A DNA stretch of 64,000 bases from a virus. The stretch spans positions 1 to 64,000 of IMG/VR virus record IMGVR_UViG_3300029305_000264, one strand, 5' to 3'. A program made the position numbers and the translations under genes. The notes below the pieces were generated by a model that saw only the letters and a list, made by a program, of their open reading frames with translations, had not been told where the DNA came from and made no database searches. Position 1 is the stretch's first letter. The number at the start of each line of letters is the position of its first letter. Shown here one piece after another: positions 43,277 through 51,426 of this stretch.

Positions 43277-43447
43277 ATGAAGAAAACAATTTGCATTTGC
43301 GACCATTGCGGAGAAGAATTTAATCCCATGAATGGTTATGAAGATACTGAAATTAGTGATTTTGATTTCGTGAAAAGAGTTGATTTATGTACGGATTGTT
43401 ACAATGAATTGTGCGAAATAGTAAGAGAGTTCGTCCATGTGGATTAG
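43277..43447 (+). CDS. 56-aa Zn-ribbon small ORF
   Basis: Hand-translated MKKTICICDHCGEEF…CTDCYNELC; RBS aggaaaggag. Confidence 0.45.
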   Translation: MKKTICICDHCGEEFNPMNGYEDTEISDFDFVKRVDLCTDCYNELCEIVREFVHVD

Positions 43448-43459
43448 AAAGGAGCAACC

Positions 43460-43636
43460 ATGACCGGAGAACGGAAAAGAGTGTGTTGTAATTGCGGCAA
43501 TAACATCCGAAAACAAGAAGATGATGCACACGTTAAATGCGAATGTGCCATAGACGGACACCGTATAGGATATGTAGAGTGTTTCGAGCATTGGTGCAGA
43601 CGATGGAAGAAGGAAAGGAAGTGGGAGCAACCATGA
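43460..43636 (+). CDS. 58-aa Cys/His-rich small ORF
   Basis: Hand-translated MTGERKRVCCNCGNNIRK…KCECAIDGH…CFEHWC; RBS aaaggagc. Confidence 0.45.
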   Translation: MTGERKRVCCNCGNNIRKQEDDAHVKCECAIDGHRIGYVECFEHWCRRWKKERKWEQP

Positions 43637-43728
43637 AAGATAAAATCAAAGAATATTTACCGTTGCTACTCTTGAAAGGTACGGTTTTCCTTGCGATTGC
43701 TGGATTTATGTTGATGTTGTGTGAATAG
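43633..43728 (+). CDS. 31-aa single-TM small ORF
   Basis: MKDKIKEYLPLLLLKGTVFLAIAGFMLMLCE; ATGA overlap with the previous ORF. Confidence 0.35.
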   Translation: MKDKIKEYLPLLLLKGTVFLAIAGFMLMLCE

Positions 43729-43739
43729 GGGGTGTAAAA

Positions 43740-43859
43740 ATGGATCAGAAACCGAAATGCGGATTTGATGAAAAGGAACCATGTACAAAGAAGTGTATAT
43801 ATTTCGACACCTGCACCCGGAATCCGAATAAAAAGCGGAAAAAGAAACCGGAAACCTAG
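43740..43859 (+). CDS. 39-aa Cys-rich, Lys-tailed small ORF
   Basis: Hand-translated MDQKPKCGFDEKEPCTKKCIYFDTCTRNPNKKRKKKPET. Confidence 0.35.
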   Translation: MDQKPKCGFDEKEPCTKKCIYFDTCTRNPNKKRKKKPET

Positions 43860-43886
43860 CAAAAAATGAAAAAAAGTTGAAAAGAG

Positions 43887-43947
43887 TTTGCAAAACTTTA
43901 TAAAACTTTGTGGTAATTTCATGACCGGGATATTATAATGTATAATG
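43887..43947 (+). promoter_or_regulatory. Conserved AT-rich motif pair (counterpart of 7317-7375), here upstream of the GIY-YIG gene
   Basis: TTTGCAAAACTTTATAAAAC and GGGATATTATAATGTATAATG (contains TATAAT twice). Confidence 0.35.
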
Positions 43948-43967
43948 TAAGAAAGGTAAACAAAATA

Positions 43968-44417
43968 ATGTATAGCATATACAAAATTACAAACGATGTG
44001 AACGGAAAGGTTTACATCGGAAAAACGATGAAGCCGATTGATGCAAGGTGGAAGCAACATTGCTACAATGTGAAAACGATTCACAGATTCAAATTGCAAG
44101 AAGCAATAGAGAAGTACGGCGAAATGAATTTCACCATTGAAAAGATTGACGAAGCGGCAACGAACGAAGAAGCCTGCGAAAAGGAAATCTTTTGGATAAA
44201 GCACTACGACAGTATATATCCAAACGGATATAATTGCACAAAGGGCGGCACACACAGCGGCGGATGCCGGAAAGTAAAGAATGTTGAAACCGGAGAGGTT
44301 TTCGACACAATGACAGAAGCCGCAAAAAAGTACAATCGGCGCATACGCGCCATTGAACAGGTTCTTGATAAACCGCACCGAACAAGTGCAGGTTGTCATT
44401 GGATAACAATTACATAA
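43968..44417 (+). CDS. free-standing GIY-YIG homing endonuclease (I-TevI-like, with C-terminal NUMOD/IENR-type DNA-binding region)
   Basis: MYSIYKITNDVNGKVYIGKT…RWKQH…EIFWIKHYDSIYPNGYNCTKGG; C-terminal VKNVETGEVFDTMTEAAKKYN; absent from the equivalent site in prophage 1. Confidence 0.8.
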   Translation: MYSIYKITNDVNGKVYIGKTMKPIDARWKQHCYNVKTIHRFKLQEAIEKYGEMNFTIEKIDEAATNEEACEKEIFWIKHYDSIYPNGYNCTKGGTHSGGCRKVKNVETGEVFDTMTEAAKKYNRRIRAIEQVLDKPHRTSAGCHWITIT

Positions 44418-44428
44418 GCGATTCATAA

Positions 44429-44468
44429 AAGGCACTGTCTACCATTTCGGACGGTGCCTTTTGTATTT
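44429..44468 (+). terminator. Leader hairpin 1 upstream of terS (prophage 2)
   Basis: 11-bp stem 44429-44439/44450-44460 then TTGTATTT; three consecutive compensatory base-pair changes relative to 7384-7415. Confidence 0.6.
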
Positions 44469-44513
44469 AGCCTGCCGATATTCCCACTCCTTATATCGGT
44501 GGGCTTTTTGTTT
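44469..44513 (+). terminator. Leader hairpin 2: rho-independent terminator upstream of terS (prophage 2)
   Basis: 13-bp stem AGCCTGCCGATAT/ATATCGGTGGGCT (2 G-U pairs) followed by TTTTTGTTT. Confidence 0.65.
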
Positions 44514-44543
44514 GGAGAAAAACAGAAAGGGCGGTGTTGCAGG

Positions 44544-44963
44544 ATGGCGAAGCTAACAGCAAAACAGCAGCGGTTCTGTGATGAGTATTTAATTGACTTG
44601 AATGCAACACAGGCGGCAATAAGAGCAGGATATTCGGAAAAGACAGCAAAACAGATTGCAAATGAGAACATGACAAAACCTTACTTGCGAGAATACATTG
44701 ACAAAAGGCTTGCAGAGAAGGACAAGGAACTGATTGCGGACCAAGACGAAATACTGAAATACCTTACCGCAGTTATGCGAGGAACCGAAACGGACGAACA
44801 GTGTGTTGTCGATCTGGAAGGCGGAGTGTCAAAGATTCCGGTGCGAAAGCAGGTAAACCAATTAAAGGCGGCAGAAATGCTTGCGAAACGATACGGATTG
44901 TTGGTTGACAAAATGGAAGTGGATGCGGATATGGAAATGACAATCAATGTCCGCCGGGTGTAG
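44544..44963 (+). CDS. terS: terminase small subunit (Terminase_2 / P27 family)
   Basis: MAKLTAKQQRFCDEYLIDLNATQAAIRAGYS identical to the prophage-1 TerS N-terminus; start ATG 44544. Confidence 0.9.
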   Translation: MAKLTAKQQRFCDEYLIDLNATQAAIRAGYSEKTAKQIANENMTKPYLREYIDKRLAEKDKELIADQDEILKYLTAVMRGTETDEQCVVDLEGGVSKIPVRKQVNQLKAAEMLAKRYGLLVDKMEVDADMEMTINVRRV

Positions 44964-44966
44964 CTT

Positions 44967-46199
44967 ATGGATATTGATATCAACATGAACGCCTGCTTCG
45001 AGGAAGTGGATGATAGCAAGAAGCGGTATATAGTGATGAAGGGCAGTGCAGGTTCCGGGAAATCGGTTGATACTGCCATGAATTATATTTTGAGAATGAT
45101 GCAGGACAAGGGCAGGAACCTTGTGTGCATCCGTAAATCAGATATTACAAACCGTGACAGCACCTATGCAGAGTTGACAGGTGCTGTTTATCGGATGTTT
45201 GGAGCGCAGGCGGATAAATATTGGGATATAAAGCAAAGCCCATTGCAGCTTACTTGCAAGGCGAACGGAAACAAGATAATCTTCCGGGGCGTGAACGATG
45301 AGAAGCAACGAGAGAAGCTGAAATCTATCACCTTCCAAAAGGGCAAACTTACAGATGTATGGATAGAGGAAGCAACGGAAATCACGCAGGCAGACTTCGA
45401 AATAATAGACGATAGATTGCGTGGCGAACTTCCGCCGGGGCAGTTCTATCAAATACGATTGACTTTCAATCCGGTAAACAAGAATCACTGGATAAAGAAA
45501 GTCTTTTTTGATATTCCGGACGAAAATGTGCTTACACACCACAGCACATATCTAACAAATAGATTCATAGACGATGCGTACCGGGCGCGAATGGAACGAA
45601 GAAAGGTTGTCGATCCGGAAGGATATCAAATCTATGGATTGGGAGAATGGGGCGAAATTGGCGGTTTGATACTCCATAATTGGGAAGTCAAAGAGATTTC
45701 GCAGAATCCGGCAGATTACGATGATTTCGCAATCGGGCAGGACTTCGGATTCAACCATGCAAACGCAATTCTCCCGGTTGGATGGAAAGACGGTGATTTG
45801 TACATCACCAAAGAAATCTATGAGTTTGAAAAGGACACTTCGGAACTGATTGCCATTGCGGAGCAGATGGAGATACCGAAGAACCGGGAAATGTGGTGCG
45901 ATAGCGCGGAGCCGGACAGAATCAAGATGTGGAAGAAAGCAGGCTTCCGGGCAAAGGGCGTTGATAAGGGCGGTTCCGCAGGTTCCGTCAAGGCGCAAAT
46001 TGATTGGCTTAAACAGCGGAAAATATATGTGCATCCTTCCTGCACGAATACCATTAAGGAATTGCAACAGTGGAAATGGAAGAAGGATGAAAAGACCGGG
46101 GAATATTACGATGAGCCAGTATCGTTCCAAGACGATGCAATGGCGGCGTTGCGATATGTTCCGGAACGATGGAGAAAGCAAAAAGGTTGGCTTGTATAG
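44967..46199 (+). CDS. terL: terminase large subunit (PBSX / Terminase_3 family)
   Basis: Walker A MKGSAGSGKS; long peptide runs identical to 7930-9165 but with many synonymous nt differences. Confidence 0.9.
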   Translation: MDIDINMNACFEEVDDSKKRYIVMKGSAGSGKSVDTAMNYILRMMQDKGRNLVCIRKSDITNRDSTYAELTGAVYRMFGAQADKYWDIKQSPLQLTCKANGNKIIFRGVNDEKQREKLKSITFQKGKLTDVWIEEATEITQADFEIIDDRLRGELPPGQFYQIRLTFNPVNKNHWIKKVFFDIPDENVLTHHSTYLTNRFIDDAYRARMERRKVVDPEGYQIYGLGEWGEIGGLILHNWEVKEISQNPADYDDFAIGQDFGFNHANAILPVGWKDGDLYITKEIYEFEKDTSELIAIAEQMEIPKNREMWCDSAEPDRIKMWKKAGFRAKGVDKGGSAGSVKAQIDWLKQRKIYVHPSCTNTIKELQQWKWKKDEKTGEYYDEPVSFQDDAMAALRYVPERWRKQKGWLV

Positions 46200-46214
46200 A
46201 AAGGCGGTGCAAAA

Positions 46215-47687
46215 GTGCTTAGAATTGAAGAAATAAAGCAGTTTATGGATGAAGATGCGGCATCCGCAAAAAAGAGGTTGGCGCGGCAGGGCGAAGCCTA
46301 TTACAACGGTGAGCATGACATACTGAACACGCGGTTATTTTATTACAATGCGGATGGAAATCTTGTAGAAGATAAGACAAGAAGCAATGTAAAGATTCCG
46401 CATCCGTTCTTCACGGAATTAGTAGACCAAGCAACACAGTATATCCTTTCCGGTGAAGGCGGCTTTATCCGGTCCGACAAACCGGAGTTACAAACGGAAC
46501 TGGATGCCTATTTCAACGAGAACGAAGATTTTGTTTCGGAACTGTCCGAGGTATTGACCGGATGCCAAACAAAGGGATTCGATTATATGCACGCATATAA
46601 GAACGCGGACAACAGAACGGCGTTTGCCTGCGCTGATTCAATCGGCGTTATTGAGGTAGAAGCAAGATTTGCGAGTGATGAAAAAGAGCATATCATTTAT
46701 TGGTATATTGACCGGGTAGATCGTGAAGGAAAGAGAATCAAGCGCATTATGGATTGGGATGCGGAGCAGGTTGCATATTATGTGCAGGCGGACAACGGAG
46801 AAATCGAGGTTGATACGATGGAACCGATAAATCCGAAGCCGCACACACTGTATGCAGAGGAAGGCAAGGAAAAGACCTACTATGATTCCTTCGGATATAT
46901 TCCTTTCTTCCGGTTGGATGGATGCAAGAAGCAGACTTCCGCATTAAAGCCGATTAAGCCGCTTATTGACGATTACGATGTAATGGCAAGCAGTCTTTCC
47001 AATAACCTTGCAGATTTCGATACTCCGATTCATGTTGTAAGAGGATTCGAGGGTGATAATCTTGATGTATTACAGCAGAACTTGAAAACGAAGAAACTTA
47101 TCGGGGTAAGTGAGGAAGGCGGCGTTGAGGTTCACACGGTAGACATTCCGTATCAAGCGCGGCAGGCGAAGTTGGAATTGGACGAAAAGAATATTTACCG
47201 TTTCGGCTTCGGCTTGAATCTGTCCGGTATGAAGGACACGGCGGCAACAACCAACATTGCAATCAAGGCGGCATATTCCCTGCTTGATTTGAAGTGTTCC
47301 AAGTTGGAAATCCGGTTGAAGCAGTTCCTGCGGAAGATTATCAAGGTTGTTATTGATGAAATCAACAAACAGCAGGGCACCGATTACCAAATGAAGGATG
47401 TATATTTCAGCTTTGAACATGAAATTATGTCAAACGAGCAGGAGAACGCACAGAACCGATTGACCGAAGCACAGAAGCGGCAGACGGAAATCACAACGCT
47501 TTTAAATATTGCGGCGCAGCTTGACAATGAAACCTTGATGCAGTTGATTTGCGAGCAGTTGGACCTTGATTACGATGATATCAAAGACAAACTTCCGAAT
47601 CCGGATGAAGCGGAGCAGGAAGTGAACGCGGCGCAGGCGGCATTGAACAATGCCCCGGTGGAAGAAGTAGGTGTTGCGGTTGAATAA
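46215..47687 (+). CDS. portal protein (SPP1 Gp6-like)
   Basis: Homolog of 9503-10993; GTG start with RBS gaaaggcggtg. Confidence 0.85.
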   Translation: MLRIEEIKQFMDEDAASAKKRLARQGEAYYNGEHDILNTRLFYYNADGNLVEDKTRSNVKIPHPFFTELVDQATQYILSGEGGFIRSDKPELQTELDAYFNENEDFVSELSEVLTGCQTKGFDYMHAYKNADNRTAFACADSIGVIEVEARFASDEKEHIIYWYIDRVDREGKRIKRIMDWDAEQVAYYVQADNGEIEVDTMEPINPKPHTLYAEEGKEKTYYDSFGYIPFFRLDGCKKQTSALKPIKPLIDDYDVMASSLSNNLADFDTPIHVVRGFEGDNLDVLQQNLKTKKLIGVSEEGGVEVHTVDIPYQARQAKLELDEKNIYRFGFGLNLSGMKDTAATTNIAIKAAYSLLDLKCSKLEIRLKQFLRKIIKVVIDEINKQQGTDYQMKDVYFSFEHEIMSNEQENAQNRLTEAQKRQTEITTLLNIAAQLDNETLMQLICEQLDLDYDDIKDKLPNPDEAEQEVNAAQAALNNAPVEEVGVAVE

Positions 47688-49290
47688 ACGGCAGAAGGAA
47701 ATCATGCAGGTACAACTTGACAACGAAAAAGCGGTATTAAAGCAGTTGGAAAGCAATTATGAAGATGCACTTGGGGAAATCAACAGCAAGATTGAATTGT
47801 TGCTATCCCGGCAGGATGCCGATATGCAACATGTTATATACCAAGTAGAGTATCAGAAGGCATTGAAAACGCAGGTGCAGGCTATTCTTGAAACCTTGCA
47901 AACGAACGAATTTGAAACCATATCGGAGTACCTTACAAAGTCCTATGAAGATGGTTTTATTGGCACCATGTACGACTTGCAGGGGCAGGGAATACCGCTT
48001 ATCTTCCCGATAGACCAAGCGCAGGTTGTGGCGGCAGTAATGCACGAAACAAAGCTATCTGAAAGCCTTTATACTGCACTTGGAAAAGATGTTGTGGACC
48101 TGCGGAAGAAGATTGCCGGGGAAATTAGTCGCGGAATATCAACAGGCATGATGTATTCCGAGATTTCCCGGAATATTTCTTCATGGGCGCGTATTCCTAA
48201 GAATAACGCAATGCGGATTGCAAGAACCGAAGGGCATCGCATACAGGAAAGAGCAACGATGGATGCGCATATAAAGGCAAAGGATAAGGGCGCAGATATC
48301 GTGAAAGTATGGAGTGCCGCACTTGATAGCAGGACACGCGACACGCACAGGGAAGTTGACGGAGAAATCCGAGAGGTTGAAGAAGTATTCTCCAATGGTT
48401 TGTTATATCCCGGCGATCCGAGCGGCAGGGCGGAAGAAGTAGTGAACTGCCGTTGCCGATGCAATTCAAAGGCGCGGTGGTTATTGGGCGGAAGCTATAC
48501 CAAATGGAGCGAAGATGCCCCGGTGCTGATTGATGATGAAGGCACAACGCAATTTGCCATTGTGGATGATAGGAATTACGAAGGGTTCAAGAAACAGTAC
48601 AAGCAGGCATCCGAGCGTGTCCGAAGCGGCGTACAAAAGATAAATGATGCTGAAATTAGTATTCCTTTGAAAAAACTACAAAAAAGCGGAATTGAATACA
48701 ATGATGTAAAAGACCTTAAGAAATCACTAACAGATGCCGAAATAATAAGTAGATTGGGCGGCGGTGATATGACAAATGGTTCATGTTCATCGCTTGGGTT
48801 TGCATATATAGGCAATAAGTGCGGATATGATGTCTTGGATTTCAGAGGTGGAGAAAGCCGAAGTTTCTTTGGAAGAAATGGCAACATAAAAGAGATTGCA
48901 GAAATGCCGAATGTTAGAAGTACGATATTAAAAGAATACAATGATTTAAAAGCCGCATCTTCCTTGTTACAATCAATGGAACCAAACAAAGAATATTATT
49001 TATCGACAGGAAACCATGCTTCGATTGTAAAAAGAACAGAATCGGGATATATGTATTTGGAACTGCAATCGGCAACCGGAAACGGATTCAAGGAACTAAC
49101 AACAGATGTTTTGAAAAGAAGATTTGGATGTAAAAAAACTCATACGATTGCAGGCACGAAATATGAATCAACAAATGTATTGATCGAAGCTGAATCACTG
49201 CAAGAAAATGAGGAGTTCAGAAAAATTTTGGGCTATTTAAACACATCAGAAACAGGGCAAAAGAAAGGACTGAAAGGGCATGTTAAGTGA
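47671..49290 (+). CDS. MuF / SPP1 gp7-like head protein fused to an unassigned ~220-aa C-terminal Cys/His domain (candidate polymorphic toxin)
   Basis: MuF core (NAMRIARTEGHRIQE…NCRCRC) to about aa 310, then an extension absent from 10950-12002 with GSC(372)SSLGFAY and GNH(449)ASIV. Confidence 0.8.
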   Translation: MLRLNKRQKEIMQVQLDNEKAVLKQLESNYEDALGEINSKIELLLSRQDADMQHVIYQVEYQKALKTQVQAILETLQTNEFETISEYLTKSYEDGFIGTMYDLQGQGIPLIFPIDQAQVVAAVMHETKLSESLYTALGKDVVDLRKKIAGEISRGISTGMMYSEISRNISSWARIPKNNAMRIARTEGHRIQERATMDAHIKAKDKGADIVKVWSAALDSRTRDTHREVDGEIREVEEVFSNGLLYPGDPSGRAEEVVNCRCRCNSKARWLLGGSYTKWSEDAPVLIDDEGTTQFAIVDDRNYEGFKKQYKQASERVRSGVQKINDAEISIPLKKLQKSGIEYNDVKDLKKSLTDAEIISRLGGGDMTNGSCSSLGFAYIGNKCGYDVLDFRGGESRSFFGRNGNIKEIAEMPNVRSTILKEYNDLKAASSLLQSMEPNKEYYLSTGNHASIVKRTESGYMYLELQSATGNGFKELTTDVLKRRFGCKKTHTIAGTKYESTNVLIEAESLQENEEFRKILGYLNTSETGQKKGLKGHVK

Positions 49291-49489
49291 TTTCTATAAA
49301 ATCAATGACAATGACAAGATATGGTGGATAGATGACCTTGAACAAGTCGGGCAGTTCTTGTTTAGCTTTGACAAAAAGAAAATCTATAATCTATTTGCGG
49401 ACTATCCGCACAATATGACGAAGGAAGAAAAAGAAATCTTTGACAAAGAAAATCCATATTGGAAAGAATTTTTCAAAGACAGAAAGTAA
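49280..49489 (+). CDS. 69-aa cytoplasmic protein, candidate immunity partner of the MuF C-terminal domain
   Basis: Overlaps the MuF stop by 11 nt; no TM; MLSDFYKINDNDKIWWIDDLEQVGQFLFSF…; followed by a terminator. Confidence 0.5.
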   Translation: MLSDFYKINDNDKIWWIDDLEQVGQFLFSFDKKKIYNLFADYPHNMTKEEKEIFDKENPYWKEFFKDRK

Positions 49490-49496
49490 GGTATTA

Positions 49497-49523
49497 AGGG
49501 CAGTCAATCGGCTGTCCTTTTTG
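49497..49523 (+). terminator. rho-independent terminator
   Basis: Stem AGGGCAGTC/GGCTGTCCT (2 G-U pairs), loop AATC, then TTTTT. Confidence 0.6.
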
Positions 49524-49556
49524 TATGCAAAAAAATAAGAAAGTGAGGTAGAAAAG

Positions 49557-49829
49557 ATGGATTTTACGAATGTAGGAACGGTTGTTGCAATCGTGGTTAT
49601 TTGCTATTTGGTAGGATTGCTTTGCAAGCAGCTTCCGAAGGTAAAGGACAATTTCATTCCGTCCATTGTCGGCATTTTAGGCGGTGTTTTGGGCGTTGTT
49701 GGAATGTTTGTTATCCCGGACTTTCCGGCGAACAATGTACTGGATGCAATCGCAGTCGGTATTGTTTCCGGTTTGGCATCCACAGGAGCAAACCAAGCTG
49801 TAAAACAGATTAAAGAGGGGATGAAGTGA
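49557..49829 (+). CDS. phage holin (Phage_holin_4_1-like, 3 TM)
   Basis: VGTVVAIVVICYLVGLLC, FIPSIVGILGGVLGVVGMFVI, AIAVGIVSGLASTGANQAVKQ; directly upstream of a wall hydrolase. Confidence 0.65.
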   Translation: MDFTNVGTVVAIVVICYLVGLLCKQLPKVKDNFIPSIVGILGGVLGVVGMFVIPDFPANNVLDAIAVGIVSGLASTGANQAVKQIKEGMK

Positions 49830-49830
49830 T

Positions 49831-50544
49831 ATGTCTATTAAGATCGGACATGCAGTAATGGACGAAAACGGAAAAGCAGGTTATGGCGGAGAGAAAGCCG
49901 GGGACCAAACCGGGAAAGAGATATGCACCCGGAAATGGTACAACGGCGGATGGAATGTATACCTTGAATGCACAAGCGAAAGACTTGCAAAGAAAGCCGC
50001 ACAGATTATGGAGCAGATTTGCAAGGATTCATCATACGGATATTCACAGCCGCGCAGATGGTTCGGATATAAGTCCATCGTAAAGAATGGCGGTGACATT
50101 TCCAAAGGTTCCGGCGGATTCGATTGTTCTTCCCTTGTTATTTCCTGCTATAAACTTGCCGGATTGAACATTGCGGCGGATGGATATACCGGGAACATGA
50201 GAGCGAAACTTCTTGCAACCGGGAAATTCCGTTTATACCAAGACGAAGAACATCTTGCAAGTGATAAGTTGGCAAAGGTTGGCGGAATCTTCTTGAAGGA
50301 AGGAAGCCATGTTGTAATGGCACTTGAGGACGGAAGCGGAACAAGCAAGATAGACTATTATCCGAAGTACACAGGCAAATCCGGAAGCCTTGTAGATGCG
50401 TTAAACAGCATCGGTGTTGACAGTTCCAAAGGACACCGGGCGCGCATTGCGGAAGTGAATGGAATTGTTGGGTACAGTTACACGGCAGCACAGAACAATA
50501 AAATGCTGAATCTGCTTAAAGCAGGAAAACTTATTAAGATTTAA
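49831..50544 (+). CDS. putative endolysin: NlpC/P60-like cysteine peptidase with C-terminal wall-binding-type domain
   Basis: MSIKIGHAVMDENGKAGYGGEKAGDQTGKE N-terminus common in Clostridia phage lysins; GGFDCSSLV (Cys) and GSHVVMAL (His). Confidence 0.6.
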   Translation: MSIKIGHAVMDENGKAGYGGEKAGDQTGKEICTRKWYNGGWNVYLECTSERLAKKAAQIMEQICKDSSYGYSQPRRWFGYKSIVKNGGDISKGSGGFDCSSLVISCYKLAGLNIAADGYTGNMRAKLLATGKFRLYQDEEHLASDKLAKVGGIFLKEGSHVVMALEDGSGTSKIDYYPKYTGKSGSLVDALNSIGVDSSKGHRARIAEVNGIVGYSYTAAQNNKMLNLLKAGKLIKI

Positions 50545-50570
50545 AAGCATCCTTCGGGGTGCTTTTATTA
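50544..50570 (+). terminator. rho-independent terminator (UUCG tetraloop)
   Basis: AAAGCATCC-ttcg-GGGTGCTTT followed by TATTATTAT. Confidence 0.6.
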
Positions 50571-50723
50571 TTATCGTTTTGTTGGCATCAACAGAACGAT
50601 TGACCGAAGCCCGAAGTCGATTAAAAGCACGGCAAAATTGCCCCGGATGCAGGGCACATATAAAAGGCATCTTGCCTGCGGCGGCACCGCAAATAAAAAC
50701 AGCGGCAAAGAAAGGAAGAAGAT

Positions 50724-51404
50724 ATGGAGTTTTTAAAAGAGTTGTTAGGTGCAGAACTTTTCGCACAGATTGAAAGCAAAATCAACGAACACAACGGCAA
50801 CGAAGCGAACAAGGATAAGCTGATTAAGATTGCAAACCTTGCTTCCGGCGAATATGTCGGCAAGGGAAAGTATGATGCCTTGAATGAATCGTTGAAAGGT
50901 AAGGAAGCGGAACTTTTATCCGCAAACGAGTTGATCGCAGAATTGAAGAAAGGGACCAAGGGAAACGAGGAATTGCAGGGCAAGATTACTGGCTACGAAT
51001 CGCAGGTGGCAGACTTGCAGGCACAGTTGCAGGAAACGAAAATCAAATCCGCAATCAAGGTTGCTTTGCTTTCGGAAAAGGCGGTTGATGTTGATTACTT
51101 GACATTCAAATTGAATGAAAAGCTGAAAGAGAAGGGCGAAACCTTATCACTTGATGAAAACGACAATATCAAGGGTTGGGATGCGTTAAAGGACGGACTG
51201 AAAACGCAGTTCCCGACAATGTTCGAATCTGCGAGTGGTAACAATATGCGCGTTCTTGGTGATAACAGATTACCTTCCGGGGATAACTCCACAGGCGGCA
51301 TCACGCAGGAGCAGTTCGCAAAGATGGGATATCAGAGCAGATTGAAATTGAAGCAGGAACAGCCGGATGTGTACGCACAAATGACTGGCAAAACAAATAA
51401 TTAA
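50724..51404 (+). CDS. scaffolding protein (GP20-like)
   Basis: Homolog of 12275-12895 (MEFLKELLGAELFAQIESKI…GEYVGKGKYDAL). Confidence 0.8.
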   Translation: MEFLKELLGAELFAQIESKINEHNGNEANKDKLIKIANLASGEYVGKGKYDALNESLKGKEAELLSANELIAELKKGTKGNEELQGKITGYESQVADLQAQLQETKIKSAIKVALLSEKAVDVDYLTFKLNEKLKEKGETLSLDENDNIKGWDALKDGLKTQFPTMFESASGNNMRVLGDNRLPSGDNSTGGITQEQFAKMGYQSRLKLKQEQPDVYAQMTGKTNN

Positions 51405-51426
51405 ACGAAAAGAGAGGTAAAAAATT

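Noticed and set aside
43533-44435. 300-aa minus-strand ORF, the longest unexplained ORF in the early/late boundary of prophage 2
   Set aside because: It is antisense to the well-supported GIY-YIG gene and four small plus-strand ORFs. Its composition is Phe/Leu/Cys-rich and low-complexity, and it has no RBS. This looks like a shadow ORF.
45552-46316. 254-aa minus-strand ORF
   Set aside because: It is antisense to the strongly conserved terL/portal genes and has no independent support.
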